Source: Clostridia bacterium (GTDB lineage Bacteria; Bacillota; Clostridia; TANB77; CAG-508). From it: 64,000 bases of DNA. Shown one piece after another: positions 40,621-50,985 of the stretch (positions are counted from its first letter, which is position 1; every line of letters starts with the position of its first letter). The notes beneath the pieces are model-generated. The model did no database searches. It was not told where the DNA came from and worked only from the letters and a program-made list of their open reading frames with translations. Position numbers and translations under genes: made by a program. The stretch is taken from the NCBI GenBank assembly GCA_017477355.1, contig JAFUWA010000012.1, forward strand, positions 50,636 through 114,635, read 5' to 3'.

Positions 40621-41394
40621 TTGATAAATAAGGTAGAAATATGTGGTGTTAACACCAACAAATTACCGATACTATCAAACGAAGAAAAACAAGAACTTTT
40701 AATTAAAATAAAAAATGGAGATGCAGACGCAAGAGAAAAATTTATTAATGGTAATTTAAGATTAGTATTATCCGTAGTACAACGTTTTGGTGGAAGAAAT
40801 GAAAATCCAGACGATTTATTCCAAGTTGGCGTTGTCGGATTAATTAAAGCAATTGATAATTTTGACATTAATCAAGATGTTCAATTCTCAACATATGGAG
40901 TTCCAATGATTATTGGAGAAATCAGAAGATACTTAAGAGATAATAATATTGTACGTGTAAGTAGATCTATTCGAGATTTAGCTTATAAGGTCCTTCAATC
41001 AAAGGAAAAACTCTCTAAAGAAAGTCATCACGAACCTACTGTTGAAGAAATTGCCAAAGACTTAGGAGTAGATAAAGAAGATGTCGCAATGAGCTTAGAT
41101 GCTATTCAAGATCCAATTTCTCTTCAAGAACCAGTTTATAATGACAGTAATGACGCTATCTATGTTATGGATCAAGTAAAAGATAAGAAAAATAATGATG
41201 AAAATTGGGCAGAAAATATTACGATTTCAGAAGCAATTAAACATTTGTCAGATAAAGAAAAAACAATTATTGATAAACGATTTTTCAAAGGAAGAACTCA
41301 AATGGAAGTCGCTTCAGAAATAGGAATTTCTCAAGCACAAGTATCTAGAATTGAAAAAAGTGCTCTTCTTCATATTAAAAGGCTTTATAAATAA
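40621..41394 (+). CDS. sigG: sporulation sigma factor G
   Basis: TTG start after AGGAGG. VEICGVNTNKLPILSNEE..GNLRLVLSVVQRF..DDLFQVGVVGLIKAIDNFD..FSTYGVPMIIGEIRRYLRDNNIVRVSRS matches SigG hallmarks. Confidence 0.85.
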   Translation: MINKVEICGVNTNKLPILSNEEKQELLIKIKNGDADAREKFINGNLRLVLSVVQRFGGRNENPDDLFQVGVVGLIKAIDNFDINQDVQFSTYGVPMIIGEIRRYLRDNNIVRVSRSIRDLAYKVLQSKEKLSKESHHEPTVEEIAKDLGVDKEDVAMSLDAIQDPISLQEPVYNDSNDAIYVMDQVKDKKNNDENWAENITISEAIKHLSDKEKTIIDKRFFKGRTQMEVASEIGISQAQVSRIEKSALLHIKRLYK

Positions 41395-41395
41395 A

Positions 41396-41436
41396 ACAAA
41401 AACACAGTTTACTCTTCTCGTAAACTGTGTTTTATT
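41396..41436. terminator. bidirectional terminator between sigG and the 741-aa gene
   Basis: Stem AACACAGTTTA / TAAACTGTGTT. Confidence 0.6.
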
Positions 41437-41438
41437 GC

Positions 41439-43664
41439 TTATCTATCTTCTCCCTCTCCAAATATTTCTTGATAAGTTGATTGTGCTTCTGGTGTAATCT
41501 TTTCTTCCGTCTCTTCATCTAAGGTAATTGGCTGCTTGCTTTCTGGCATAGGCTCTCCAATTCCTTTAAAAAATGCGACATATCTCATTTTTTCCAAAGC
41601 ATTTCTAGTAGAAGGAGTCAAGTCTTTTGGAATATCAATCTCTGTTAACTTAATACATTCTTCTAAATCTCTTCCTGCTCTAGAAAGTAAAACATATTTA
41701 TATAAATCATAGTTTCCAAGTCTATTTTTTGGAAATCTCATTACATTAATAAATTCTTGAAATATTTGGCTAACTGGTTTTCTTGTTCCATCTTCATTAT
41801 ACTCTACTCTGAAAATTGGCTTTTTCTTTAAAACCTCTGGATTTTGTGCAATTAATTCATCAAATGCCTCTTCTACTTCAGCAATTTTTCCATCCTTCAT
41901 TTCTTTTGTGGATGCTCTTTGGAATCCTTGCATTGTATCATCTCTACGTGCTTCTATATATCGCAACATTTCTTGGCAATTTTGACTATTATGAAATTCT
42001 CGTCCTAATGGTAAAGTTTTCACAAATCTTAAAGTTCTATCTAATGCATAATGTTCCGCATCTAATTCTTCATATATTGTAGAATAGTTTTTATTATAGT
42101 AACTATGACTTTGTAAAGTAAAAATACGTTCTTTTTCCATCATATAAATTAAGTGATTGTACTCTTGAGAATCCATACTTCTTTGTTGTTGCTCATGTCT
42201 TAATTCATGGAAAATAGTAATGATATTTAAAAGCGTAGTCATACTTTGATTTTTGGCTTCGATTGGTCTTAATTTAATAAGCCCTGGTTGATGTACGCCA
42301 AGTGTCATACCTCCATTATGATCAAAGAAATGTGTTGAAAAAGTAATATAATTAGTATCTCCAAATAATTGCTTTGACTTCATACTTGCAAAATGCTCTA
42401 CGATAATTTCTTTTTGATTATCATTTAAAGCCTCTATAAACTCTGTGTTATTTTCAAGTAATTTAGAAATTAAAAATTCATTATACTTCGCAGGCATAAT
42501 TCCTTGTTTTACTGTCAATTGGATTACATCTTGATAAAATTCCATCACCTCTTGGCTCGAAAATTTCTCGCGAGATTCTATTTTTTGGTCAAATTTAGTC
42601 ATATCAATATCTGGAATATCTTTTCTTCCAAATTCATGATCTAAATATTCATTTAATTTCTTTTTCTCTTTTTCTGGTAAAATATTCAATCGAGATAATT
42701 GTAAAAGTTTATGAAAAGTACTGTCATTACCATAAATCTGATCTAAAGTGAAAAAGCTTTTAATACCCGCATATTTCTGCAACAATGTATCAAAATCTTC
42801 TGAAATATCTAATTTATCACTATGATGATAATACACTGGTCTAAAAACAAAATTCTCAATCATTTGATTCATCGTTTGTGTTGAATTAGGCAGAATGAAA
42901 TTCATAATTGCTTGTGTATTTCCTGATACAGAAATTCCATTTTTGGTAAGGTTATCTATCATGATAGACAATTCGTTTTGCTTTACCATATCTGTTTCAA
43001 CTGCTAGTTTCTGATATAATGAAATCAGTTGAATAATCACATCTAATCTATATATATTATTAAAATCAGAAAACAAATTAACAAGTTCTGTTGCATCTGC
43101 TTCCATAAAAGATTTTAGAGATTCTTCTTTTAATACCATCATTCCAGCAAGCATTTTAACATTGACAGGAGGTTCTGTATAATAAGGCAATCTTTGAGGA
43201 GCAAAATTCTCCAAAAAATTGCGATAAATCTTCTGCATTTTTTTTGTATAATTAATTCCCCTCTGTTGTCTTTGTTCTACGCAAAAAGTAGTTAATGCAT
43301 CTTGAATTCGAAATACAGATTGATCCAATTCTTCCAAAAAATCATTTGCTTCTTTATCACTAGAAGTAATTAATAGTCTTTGAACAAGCTCATAGCTTCC
43401 AAACTCTAGAATAGCCAATTCAAATTGACTTTTATAGAAAGGATTATCTGGCTGTAAAATTGCCTCAATATCTCCATTTTTAACAGATTCGATATACTGT
43501 CTAAATCCTTCATCATGATACACTTTACTTGAAGGATTTTCTAATTTGTTCTCAAGATCTTCGATGATTTTATCAGCCTGTTCACTTACTAGTTTGTCGA
43601 AATCTACTGGTTTTGCATAATATTTTCCATTAATAGTACAAGGATATAATCTGTCTTCTACCAT
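41439..43664 (-). CDS. 741-aa hypothetical protein with HExxH motif
   Basis: Intact ORF. IITIFHELRHEQQQR (HELRH), with EELDAEHYA about 45 residues downstream as a possible third ligand. No family recognised. Confidence 0.5.
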   Translation of the reverse strand: MVEDRLYPCTINGKYYAKPVDFDKLVSEQADKIIEDLENKLENPSSKVYHDEGFRQYIESVKNGDIEAILQPDNPFYKSQFELAILEFGSYELVQRLLITSSDKEANDFLEELDQSVFRIQDALTTFCVEQRQQRGINYTKKMQKIYRNFLENFAPQRLPYYTEPPVNVKMLAGMMVLKEESLKSFMEADATELVNLFSDFNNIYRLDVIIQLISLYQKLAVETDMVKQNELSIMIDNLTKNGISVSGNTQAIMNFILPNSTQTMNQMIENFVFRPVYYHHSDKLDISEDFDTLLQKYAGIKSFFTLDQIYGNDSTFHKLLQLSRLNILPEKEKKKLNEYLDHEFGRKDIPDIDMTKFDQKIESREKFSSQEVMEFYQDVIQLTVKQGIMPAKYNEFLISKLLENNTEFIEALNDNQKEIIVEHFASMKSKQLFGDTNYITFSTHFFDHNGGMTLGVHQPGLIKLRPIEAKNQSMTTLLNIITIFHELRHEQQQRSMDSQEYNHLIYMMEKERIFTLQSHSYYNKNYSTIYEELDAEHYALDRTLRFVKTLPLGREFHNSQNCQEMLRYIEARRDDTMQGFQRASTKEMKDGKIAEVEEAFDELIAQNPEVLKKKPIFRVEYNEDGTRKPVSQIFQEFINVMRFPKNRLGNYDLYKYVLLSRAGRDLEECIKLTEIDIPKDLTPSTRNALEKMRYVAFFKGIGEPMPESKQPITLDEETEEKITPEAQSTYQEIFGEGEDR

Positions 43665-43708
43665 ATTTTTCTCCTGCGTATATTTTTTTACATTTTTATT
43701 TTATCATA

Positions 43709-44440
43709 CTATCCTGTTTTGCTCAATATATCTTTTTTCATTTTTTTCATAATTTTTTTCTCAATTCTAGAGATATAACTTTGCGAAATTCCAAGTTTAT
43801 CTGCAACTTCTTTTTGTGTTTTTTCCTTTCCTTCTAACTTGGCTCCAAATCTCAATTCCATAATTTCTCTTTCTCGCTTACTTAATTTTTCAATTGCTGC
43901 TCTTAATAATTTTCTATCTGTTTCATCTTCAATTCTCTTAGAAGTAATATCTCCATCAGTTCCTAATACATCAGAAAGCAACAATTCATTTCCATCTCCA
44001 TCTTTATTAAGTGGTTCATCAATTGAGACCTCTGTTTTAATTTTCGTTGTTCTTCTGAGTTGCATTAAAATTTCATTTTCGATGCATCTTGATGCATAAG
44101 TAGCAAGTTTAATATTTTTCCCAGCTTGATACGTATTAATTGCTTTCATGAGCCCTATTGTTCCAACAGAAATTAAATCTTCTAAATCCATTCCTGTATT
44201 TTCAAATTTTTTAGCAATATAAACCACTAATCTTAAGTTTCTTTGTGCTAAAATTTGTTTTGCTTCCTCATTATTTTCTAACCCTTTTATAATCTCAGCC
44301 TCTTCTTTTGGATCAAGTGGTGGTGGAAGTGTTTGACTTCCCTTAATGTAAAAAACAGGAAACTTGCTCGTTTTCTCCCTTTCAAAATACTTTCTGTAAA
44401 TTCTCAAAACACAATCTTTTAAGTTTTTTAATAAATTCAT
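43709..44440 (-). CDS. sigE: sporulation sigma factor E (pro-sigma-E)
   Basis: Pro-sequence then [60 protein letters not shown]. Confidence 0.9.
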   Translation of the reverse strand: MNLLKNLKDCVLRIYRKYFEREKTSKFPVFYIKGSQTLPPPLDPKEEAEIIKGLENNEEAKQILAQRNLRLVVYIAKKFENTGMDLEDLISVGTIGLMKAINTYQAGKNIKLATYASRCIENEILMQLRRTTKIKTEVSIDEPLNKDGDGNELLLSDVLGTDGDITSKRIEDETDRKLLRAAIEKLSKREREIMELRFGAKLEGKEKTQKEVADKLGISQSYISRIEKKIMKKMKKDILSKTG

Positions 44441-44483
44441 CTCTACTCCTTTAAAAGTAAATTTAGGTTTTTAAAGGTTTTGC

Positions 44484-45224
44484 CTATAAACCAATAATAG
44501 CATGATATTCCTGATGCTCTCCACATAAATTTCCTCGGTAAATTCCAATAAAAGCCTCTTTTTCTTTGATTTCATCATTTTGATATATCTTTATGGAATC
44601 TGGCTTAAACCCAAATAAAACTCCATTTTCATTTCCTAACGAACTAAATGGAATCGCTCTTGTTTCTTCCAAATTAATAGGAAAGCAGCTTAAACTTTTT
44701 TCTTCTACTATAATAACTGGCAAATTAGAATTCTTCTCTTTTAATAAATTTCCGGAATCAATTAATGCTTTTTCTTTAATTTTTTTATTTTTATAACAAA
44801 TTTCTATTTCACAAATTTTTTCAAATTTATTTTTTAATATTTTTTGAACGAAAAAAATCAAAATAAAACCTGTTATTATGCCAAATACTAATACTTTTGT
44901 TAATCTTTGATATCTAGCAAATAACAAACTAGCCCCTCCAAAAGTGATAGAAACTAAATAAAATACCAATAAACGTTTCCAAAAGTTTTTTCTACTTTGA
45001 TACCCAAAACTAACCCATATCATCAAAAGAGACATAAGAATACTTCCTAATATATTCTCAAACCCAAGAACATAGCTTATCGTTGTATATAAACCTCCTA
45101 GAATACTTCCTAATAACATTTTCCAAATTCTCGATCTACTATTACAAATTATTTTTGTAGTTATCAAAATAATCAAATCCAATATGAAGTTTTCCAAAAA
45201 TAAAACATCTACATAAACAATCAT
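44484..45224 (-). CDS. spoIIGA: sigma-E processing peptidase SpoIIGA
   Basis: MIVYVDVLFLENFILDLIIL N-terminus, five TM segments, catalytic LIDSGNLLKE. Lies immediately upstream of sigE. Confidence 0.85.
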   Translation of the reverse strand: MIVYVDVLFLENFILDLIILITTKIICNSRSRIWKMLLGSILGGLYTTISYVLGFENILGSILMSLLMIWVSFGYQSRKNFWKRLLVFYLVSITFGGASLLFARYQRLTKVLVFGIITGFILIFFVQKILKNKFEKICEIEICYKNKKIKEKALIDSGNLLKEKNSNLPVIIVEEKSLSCFPINLEETRAIPFSSLGNENGVLFGFKPDSIKIYQNDEIKEKEAFIGIYRGNLCGEHQEYHAIIGL

Positions 45225-45324
45225 TGCAAAATTATTATATTCCCTTATTAGTACAAAGATTGTCACATTATCATGTAGAAAAAAACAACCCATCGATTTT
45301 ATTCGATAGGTTGTTACAAAAATT

Positions 45325-45364
45325 ATAAAAAAAAAAGCCCGTAAAAAGGGGCTTTTTTTTTTCT
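45325..45364. terminator. intrinsic terminator after rplT
   Basis: A-run, AGCCC-GTAAAAAG-GGGCT, T-run. Confidence 0.65.
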
Positions 45365-45371
45365 GTTTCTA

Positions 45372-45722
45372 TTAAGCTTTTTTTGCAACTTCTACAATTT
45401 CAGTAAAAGCTTTAGGATCAGATACTGCGATTTCAGCAAGCATTTTTCTGTTAATTGTAACATTTGCTTTCTTTAATCCTGCGATTAAATTGCTATATGT
45501 CATTCCATTTGCTCTTGCTGCAGCATTAATTCTAGTAATCCATAATTTTCTAAAATCACTTTTCTTATCTTTTCTTCCTACATAAGCATACATTCCAGAT
45601 TTCATAACTGCTTGTTTAGCTGTTCTATATCTGTAATGTTTAGCACCAAAATAACCTTTTGCTTGTTTAATAACTTTTTTATGTCTAGCTCTTGTTGTTC
45701 TAGCTGTTTTTACTCTTGCCAT
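45372..45722 (-). CDS. rplT: 50S ribosomal protein L20
   Basis: [26 protein letters not shown]... Confidence 0.95.
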   Translation of the reverse strand: MARVKTARTTRARHKKVIKQAKGYFGAKHYRYRTAKQAVMKSGMYAYVGRKDKKSDFRKLWITRINAAARANGMTYSNLIAGLKKANVTINRKMLAEIAVSDPKAFTEIVEVAKKA

Positions 45723-45756
45723 TATTTATTCCTCCTTCAACTCTAATTCTCTCATT

Positions 45757-45957
45757 TTATTGATATGGTAATAATTTTTTTACATGGTTTTGATATGTTT
45801 TATCAACCACTCCGTCTTGTACTCTAGCTGTCATTTTTTGTCTCTTTGTTTTATTTGCTAATAAGTGTCTTCTATTAGCTTTTGTTCTTTTTACTTTTCC
45901 AGTTCCAGTAAAACCATATCTTTTACTAGCTGCTTTGTTTGTTTTTAATTTTGGCAT
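45757..45957 (-). CDS. rpmI: 50S ribosomal protein L35
   Basis: [24 protein letters not shown] after AAAGGAGA. Confidence 0.9.
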   Translation of the reverse strand: MPKLKTNKAASKRYGFTGTGKVKRTKANRRHLLANKTKRQKMTARVQDGVVDKTYQNHVKKLLPYQ

Positions 45958-46009
45958 TTTCTTTCTCCTTTCATTCCAAACCATTATAAGTTTTAAGTAA
46001 ATTAATTAT

Positions 46010-46519
46010 TTAAGCTTTTTTAGCTAAAATAATAAATAAATTTTTACCCTCTAATAAAGGCTTCTTTTCTGGACTAGCAATATCTGCTAAATCTTCAATG
46101 AACTTATTCAAAATATCTTCTCCAAGTCCAATATTATTCATTTCTCTTCCTCTAAATCTCAAAGTAATTTTTACTTTGTTACCAGATTCTAAGAAACTTC
46201 TTGCATTTCTGGATTTGAATTCGAAATCATGTGCTCCAATATTTGGAGTTACTCTAATTTCTTTCAGTTCAACTGCCTTTTGATTTTTTCTAGATTCTTT
46301 TTCCTTTTTAGCTTGCTCAAACTTATATTTTCCATAGTTCATAATCTTACAAACTACAGGACTAGAATTTGGAGCAACTAAAACTAAGTCCAAGTTTTTT
46401 TCTTCTGCTTTTTCAATTGCATCATCAATTGGAAGAATTCCTAACTTCTCCCCATTTTCATCAATTACTTGAACTTCTTTTTCTCTAATCTGTCTGTTAA
46501 TAGGTAATTCTTGTTTTAT
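46010..46519 (-). CDS. infC: translation initiation factor IF-3, probable non-AUG (AUA) start
   Basis: IKQELPINRQIREKEVQVIDENGEKLGI... The only RBS (GGGAGGTG) sits 7 nt before ATA at 46517-46519. IF-3 genes characteristically use AUU/AUA-type starts. Confidence 0.85.
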   Translation of the reverse strand: MKQELPINRQIREKEVQVIDENGEKLGILPIDDAIEKAEEKNLDLVLVAPNSSPVVCKIMNYGKYKFEQAKKEKESRKNQKAVELKEIRVTPNIGAHDFEFKSRNARSFLESGNKVKITLRFRGREMNNIGLGEDILNKFIEDLADIASPEKKPLLEGKNLFIILAKKA

Positions 46520-46705
46520 AGTGAAACACCTCCCAAAACATAAAAAAATTTGACTCGTTTTAAGAAGCCAAATTTTCATCAATATCTTTTATTTGGGTTA
46601 AAAATAATCTAGATATTTGACCTTACTATCCTTTGACGTAAGGTGAGAACATAAAATTTCTTCTTAAAACATTAATATAATACTACGATTTTGCTCATTT
46701 GTCAA
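46520..46705 (-). promoter_or_regulatory. infC-rpmI-rplT promoter (TTGACA, 17 nt, TATTAT at 46677-46705) and ~150-nt leader, possible L20-type attenuator
   Basis: Promoter boxes seen directly. The leader ends with a short hairpin (AUUUGGCU / AGUCAAAU) plus a U-run just before the RBS. No covariance model run. Confidence 0.4.
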
Positions 46706-46716
46706 GAGTTTTAGCA

Positions 46717-47004
46717 TTATTTTTCTATATTATCTTCATCTTTTGTTTCAGTCTCATCATTTATTTCTTCAATTGTAGACTCTTTATTTTTCTTCTTATG
46801 AAAAAATTTTCTTTTTATTTTATAAAACAAAATTCCAATACTTGTTGATATTGCAATAAAAATTGCTGCAACTACTTGAATAACATATGTCATTGCTGAT
46901 GGATCTAAATAACCATAACAAACATTTGTAAACACAAATATAATACAAAAACTAATATATAAACTAAACAATATTTTCTTCTTCATATTTAAACCTCTTT
47001 TCAC
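46717..47004 (-). CDS. small membrane protein
   Basis: 95 aa, two hydrophobic segments, acidic C-terminus. Overlaps the upstream gene by 4 nt. Confidence 0.5.
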   Translation of the reverse strand: MKRGLNMKKKILFSLYISFCIIFVFTNVCYGYLDPSAMTYVIQVVAAIFIAISTSIGILFYKIKRKFFHKKKNKESTIEEINDETETKDEDNIEK

Positions 47005-48851
47005 TCATTTTTCTTATTTTTTATTCTATCTATAATATATTTACCGCCGACTTCAGCACTATTTCCAATATTAAATACACTATCTTTTCTAATCTCTTCT
47101 ATCTTTTCTTTATTCCCTGGATTTTCTATTAATTCCTTTACAACATCATATATTTTGTCAATTTCATTTAATTTTAATTCTTTTCCAATCTTTTGTCTAA
47201 TAGAAATATCAAACGGAACATTCTTTATTTTCTTATAATCACGATTTATTACTTTCATTGGTGTATTAATAAACAAAGTCGGTTTTAAAGTTGTGAATGA
47301 ATATTCATATGCAATGCTTGACCAATCTGTAATTAACAAATCAGCATTATACACTATGCTATTACTTGAAAAATCTGTCTGAATTTCAACCTCTTCTTTA
47401 TCTTTATATTCTTCTAATAATTCTTCAATTTTTCCATAATTTAGTTTCACATATTGAGGATGAGGTCTTATAATTATTTTGTATTCTTTTCCTAATAGCC
47501 CTTCCACTATTTCTTTGACACAAGAATCAATAATATTTTTTTCTTGCCATGAAGGTGCTATTAAAATTATTTTCTTTTCATTTTGGATTGGTATATAAGA
47601 CTTTATCATATTATCTAATAAATCATATCCATATTCTATAACTCTTTTCTTTTTAGTATTTCTAAGCTCTTCAATTTCTCTAACATCCTCCACATTATGC
47701 TTACCAACCGCAAAATAAGTATCATAGTAATCTAAAGCACCTGTCCTTAGTGTTAAGTTATCACTTCCCACTCCATGAGGTACTAAAACATATTCTACAT
47801 CTTTCCTAACAATAGATCTTTTTAAATATAAATTCTGTAAATCAGGAGTTATCATGACGACCATATCAGCTTCAATCTTCATAAATAATGGTATCAGTTG
47901 ATTAGTTGATATATAATATGGAGCAATTCGTTTATGATTCATTTCAAATATTTTATCATTAATATCATTTGTTATATAATGAATCACAATATCAGAATTT
48001 TCTAAAATATATTCTATTATTCCTTTAAAGTACTTATAAAATCCATTTCCTTCTGAAAAGAATATTAATTTCATATGATCAATATTATCACTTTCGAAAA
48101 ACTTTTTATAGTACTTTCTTGATTCTCGCTTTTCTAAAGCTTTTTTATTTTTTCTTTCTAACTTAATCTTCTTTATTTTTTCTAAAGCTGCATAATCAAT
48201 ATATTTCTTTGGCGGATACATCCAATTTAAGATATATAATTGAACAATTGCAATAAAATTTCCTAATATCCAATAAATACCTACCCCTGTTGGAACAAGA
48301 AAAACAAAATATACTGTAAGTCCAACTGTTACTAATGTTGTTGCTACTTTACTAAAAATATTTTCTTCTAATTGTAAAACATTTTCTTTATTTTGAAAAT
48401 AACAAAGCAATAATGAAGAAATCGCTGAAATGACTGGCACTATAGCATAATGATTCATAGTTGGCACTACTGATAGGTCTATACCGCAAAAAAATGTACT
48501 TTTCAAATTTTCAATATAGCTACTAGAATTTTCCATTACTTTAATTAAGCCTAAAATAATTGGAATCTGTATTAACAATGGAATTACGCCAATAGATGGT
48601 CTGTATCTTTCTTGTTTATAAAGCTCTAGTTGAGCTTCCATAAATTCATCCTTATTTTTCTCATATCTTAATCTCAACTCTTCAATTCTAGGCTTCATCT
48701 TTACCATTTTTATTGAGTTTTTTTGAATTAAAATGTTTAATGGAAAAAGCAATATTTTAGTAATGATAGTAAAAATTATAATCGCTATGCCGTAATTATT
48801 TACTAAATTATATATCAAGTTCATTATATATCCAAATATAGTCGAAATCAT
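47001..48851 (-). CDS. fusion protein: YidC/Oxa1-like insertase domain plus CDP-glycerol glycerophosphotransferase (TagB/TagF-like) domain
   Basis: N-terminus NNYGIAIIIFTIITKILLFPLNILIQKNSIKMVKMKPRIEEL..PLLIQIPIILGL..GIYWILGNFIAIVQ (YidC hallmarks). C-terminal half has HPQY..LITDWSSIAYEYSFTTLKPTLF (Glyphos_transf hallmarks). Confidence 0.65.
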   Translation of the reverse strand: MISTIFGYIMNLIYNLVNNYGIAIIIFTIITKILLFPLNILIQKNSIKMVKMKPRIEELRLRYEKNKDEFMEAQLELYKQERYRPSIGVIPLLIQIPIILGLIKVMENSSSYIENLKSTFFCGIDLSVVPTMNHYAIVPVISAISSLLLCYFQNKENVLQLEENIFSKVATTLVTVGLTVYFVFLVPTGVGIYWILGNFIAIVQLYILNWMYPPKKYIDYAALEKIKKIKLERKNKKALEKRESRKYYKKFFESDNIDHMKLIFFSEGNGFYKYFKGIIEYILENSDIVIHYITNDINDKIFEMNHKRIAPYYISTNQLIPLFMKIEADMVVMITPDLQNLYLKRSIVRKDVEYVLVPHGVGSDNLTLRTGALDYYDTYFAVGKHNVEDVREIEELRNTKKKRVIEYGYDLLDNMIKSYIPIQNEKKIILIAPSWQEKNIIDSCVKEIVEGLLGKEYKIIIRPHPQYVKLNYGKIEELLEEYKDKEEVEIQTDFSSNSIVYNADLLITDWSSIAYEYSFTTLKPTLFINTPMKVINRDYKKIKNVPFDISIRQKIGKELKLNEIDKIYDVVKELIENPGNKEKIEEIRKDSVFNIGNSAEVGGKYIIDRIKNKKNE

Positions 48852-48860
48852 TTTTTACTC

Positions 48861-50966
48861 CTAATTAAATTGAATTGATTTTAGTTCAATACTCCTCATA
48901 GATCTAAAATTTCCATATTTTAAAAAACTTTCTCTATTAAACATAGCCTTAGCATCTGGTACATTTATAAGAATCTCTATTATTTCTTTTTCATTCCATA
49001 CATCTTTAGGAATTAAAAATTCTATATTTCCTGATGTTGTTAGCACATTTGAAAATAACTCTCTTCCATTCACTTGAATTGTCACATGTTGTTCTTCAAA
49101 ATATACATTTGATATCGCAAAATTAGCTGTGACATCTTTTGAAACTTCATTTACTCTTAAATTAATATTTGCATTATGGCCAATAATTGACCCTTTGGGA
49201 GCTTCTTTTCCAGGTCTTCTTAAAATTGCTGTACTTTTTGCCATATCAGAGTTTGTCCCTAAAGAAAAATCTATTTTCTTTCCTAATTTATAAGTTTTAT
49301 CTAAACTACCACATTCATCAAACACTTCATCAATAATATAATAGTCATCCTTATTTCTGGCATCTCCATCAATTCCCATTATAATGTTAGCTTCTACCCA
49401 ACTTTGACTACTTTCAGCTGAAAAGTAATAATTATATACTGTTCTTGTTCTGTCTTCTCCCTCTTCATAATCAAAAAAATCTTTTCCATAATCCTTACTA
49501 TCAGTAACAATATTCAACAATGTTGGCAAATAATCTTCGATCATTGAAATTGGGGCTGAACTTACTTCTAACTTCTCGCCATGTGCATTTTTTCTTTTTA
49601 TCATTATAGTAGGATTATACATATTATCAAATCCGTGATCAGCTGCTACAATAATGGTTGTATTATCGTAAACTCCTGCCTGTTTCAACATATTTATATA
49701 ATTCCATACTAATTTCATACTAGCAGTAACTTCAGCTTGCCTTCTTATATCCATATCTTCGTCTAAGATTTCACTATCATCTCTTTCATATTCTTCTGTC
49801 TTATTAAATGGATAATGGCACCCATCCATTTCAATAACTTTAAAACTTTTCTTAGAAAGATTTGCTGTTGCTCCATTATTCACATCATTATAAATTGCAA
49901 AATCATCAACAAAAAATGGATTCTGACTGAACGAACTAACAATATTGAGTTTTTCTGTTTGAACATGAGTTAAAGGTTTCAAACAATGTGGTAAATATTT
50001 GAATAATACAATATCCATCATTCCAGAAGATATATTCATTTGGCTCTTTAAGTCAACCTTTAATTTCTCATCCTTCTTATTTGCAATTATATTACTTGCA
50101 TCTGTATTTGGAACTAACGCTGTATCAACATACCATTCTATTTCATATCCATTTTCTTGTAATACATCATATAATTGACTATTTTCTATGCAATCATTTA
50201 CGCTATCTTTAAGGCTTTTTCCAACTTCTAAGTTTTCTCCTGTTAATATAGTTGGCATAGACATATATGTCCATGTAGAAGCGCTTGTAGCATTATCAAA
50301 AAATGTAAAATCAGCAAATCTTTCATAATACTCTGGGTGTTCCTCTAAAAATCGTGTCATATAGTCACTTTCTATTGAATCAACCATAAAAAATACTATA
50401 TTTTCTTCTGCTGACATGTTCATAAAATTTGTTTTATCTAAATAAAATGTTTTATCTGCTATCTTATTTTGATTTGATATCATTAAAAAAACTAATGTAC
50501 TAGTTTCAATTAATATAATAAAACTAGATACAGCACTCGAAAATATATTTAACTTTTTTCCAGAACTAATTGGCCTTATAATAAAAGGAATACTAATAAT
50601 CAATAACCAAATGATTGCATTCGTAATTCCCAATTTAATTGTTTGATCCCAGTGAATAATTGCAACATCAAATTCTCCATATCCAACAGTTAAATAATTT
50701 CCTTGAATGTACATTGCTACATATATCATTAAACATATTTTTCTAATAATATCATTTTTCTTTCCCTCAGTTTTATATAAAATAAAGAATAATATCAAAA
50801 ACATAGCCAAACTCAAAATTAGCATGATTGGCATAAAAATATCAATCCAGAACCATAATTCCTCTATATTTACAAAATAAAATTCTAATGGTCCAAAAAC
50901 AAAAAGATTAAATGTAAATCCTAAACTTATTAGAAAACTACTAATTAATTTACCTTTATTTTTCAT
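48861..50966 (-). CDS. LTA synthase / sulfatase-superfamily membrane protein
   Basis: N-terminal TM bundle, FFMVDSIESDYM metal-site region, SMPTILTGEN, VAADHGF. Confidence 0.7.
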   Translation of the reverse strand: MKNKGKLISSFLISLGFTFNLFVFGPLEFYFVNIEELWFWIDIFMPIMLILSLAMFLILFFILYKTEGKKNDIIRKICLMIYVAMYIQGNYLTVGYGEFDVAIIHWDQTIKLGITNAIIWLLIISIPFIIRPISSGKKLNIFSSAVSSFIILIETSTLVFLMISNQNKIADKTFYLDKTNFMNMSAEENIVFFMVDSIESDYMTRFLEEHPEYYERFADFTFFDNATSASTWTYMSMPTILTGENLEVGKSLKDSVNDCIENSQLYDVLQENGYEIEWYVDTALVPNTDASNIIANKKDEKLKVDLKSQMNISSGMMDIVLFKYLPHCLKPLTHVQTEKLNIVSSFSQNPFFVDDFAIYNDVNNGATANLSKKSFKVIEMDGCHYPFNKTEEYERDDSEILDEDMDIRRQAEVTASMKLVWNYINMLKQAGVYDNTTIIVAADHGFDNMYNPTIMIKRKNAHGEKLEVSSAPISMIEDYLPTLLNIVTDSKDYGKDFFDYEEGEDRTRTVYNYYFSAESSQSWVEANIIMGIDGDARNKDDYYIIDEVFDECGSLDKTYKLGKKIDFSLGTNSDMAKSTAILRRPGKEAPKGSIIGHNANINLRVNEVSKDVTANFAISNVYFEEQHVTIQVNGRELFSNVLTTSGNIEFLIPKDVWNEKEIIEILINVPDAKAMFNRESFLKYGNFRSMRSIELKSIQFN

Positions 50967-50985
50967 AAATTATTGTCTCCTTAAT

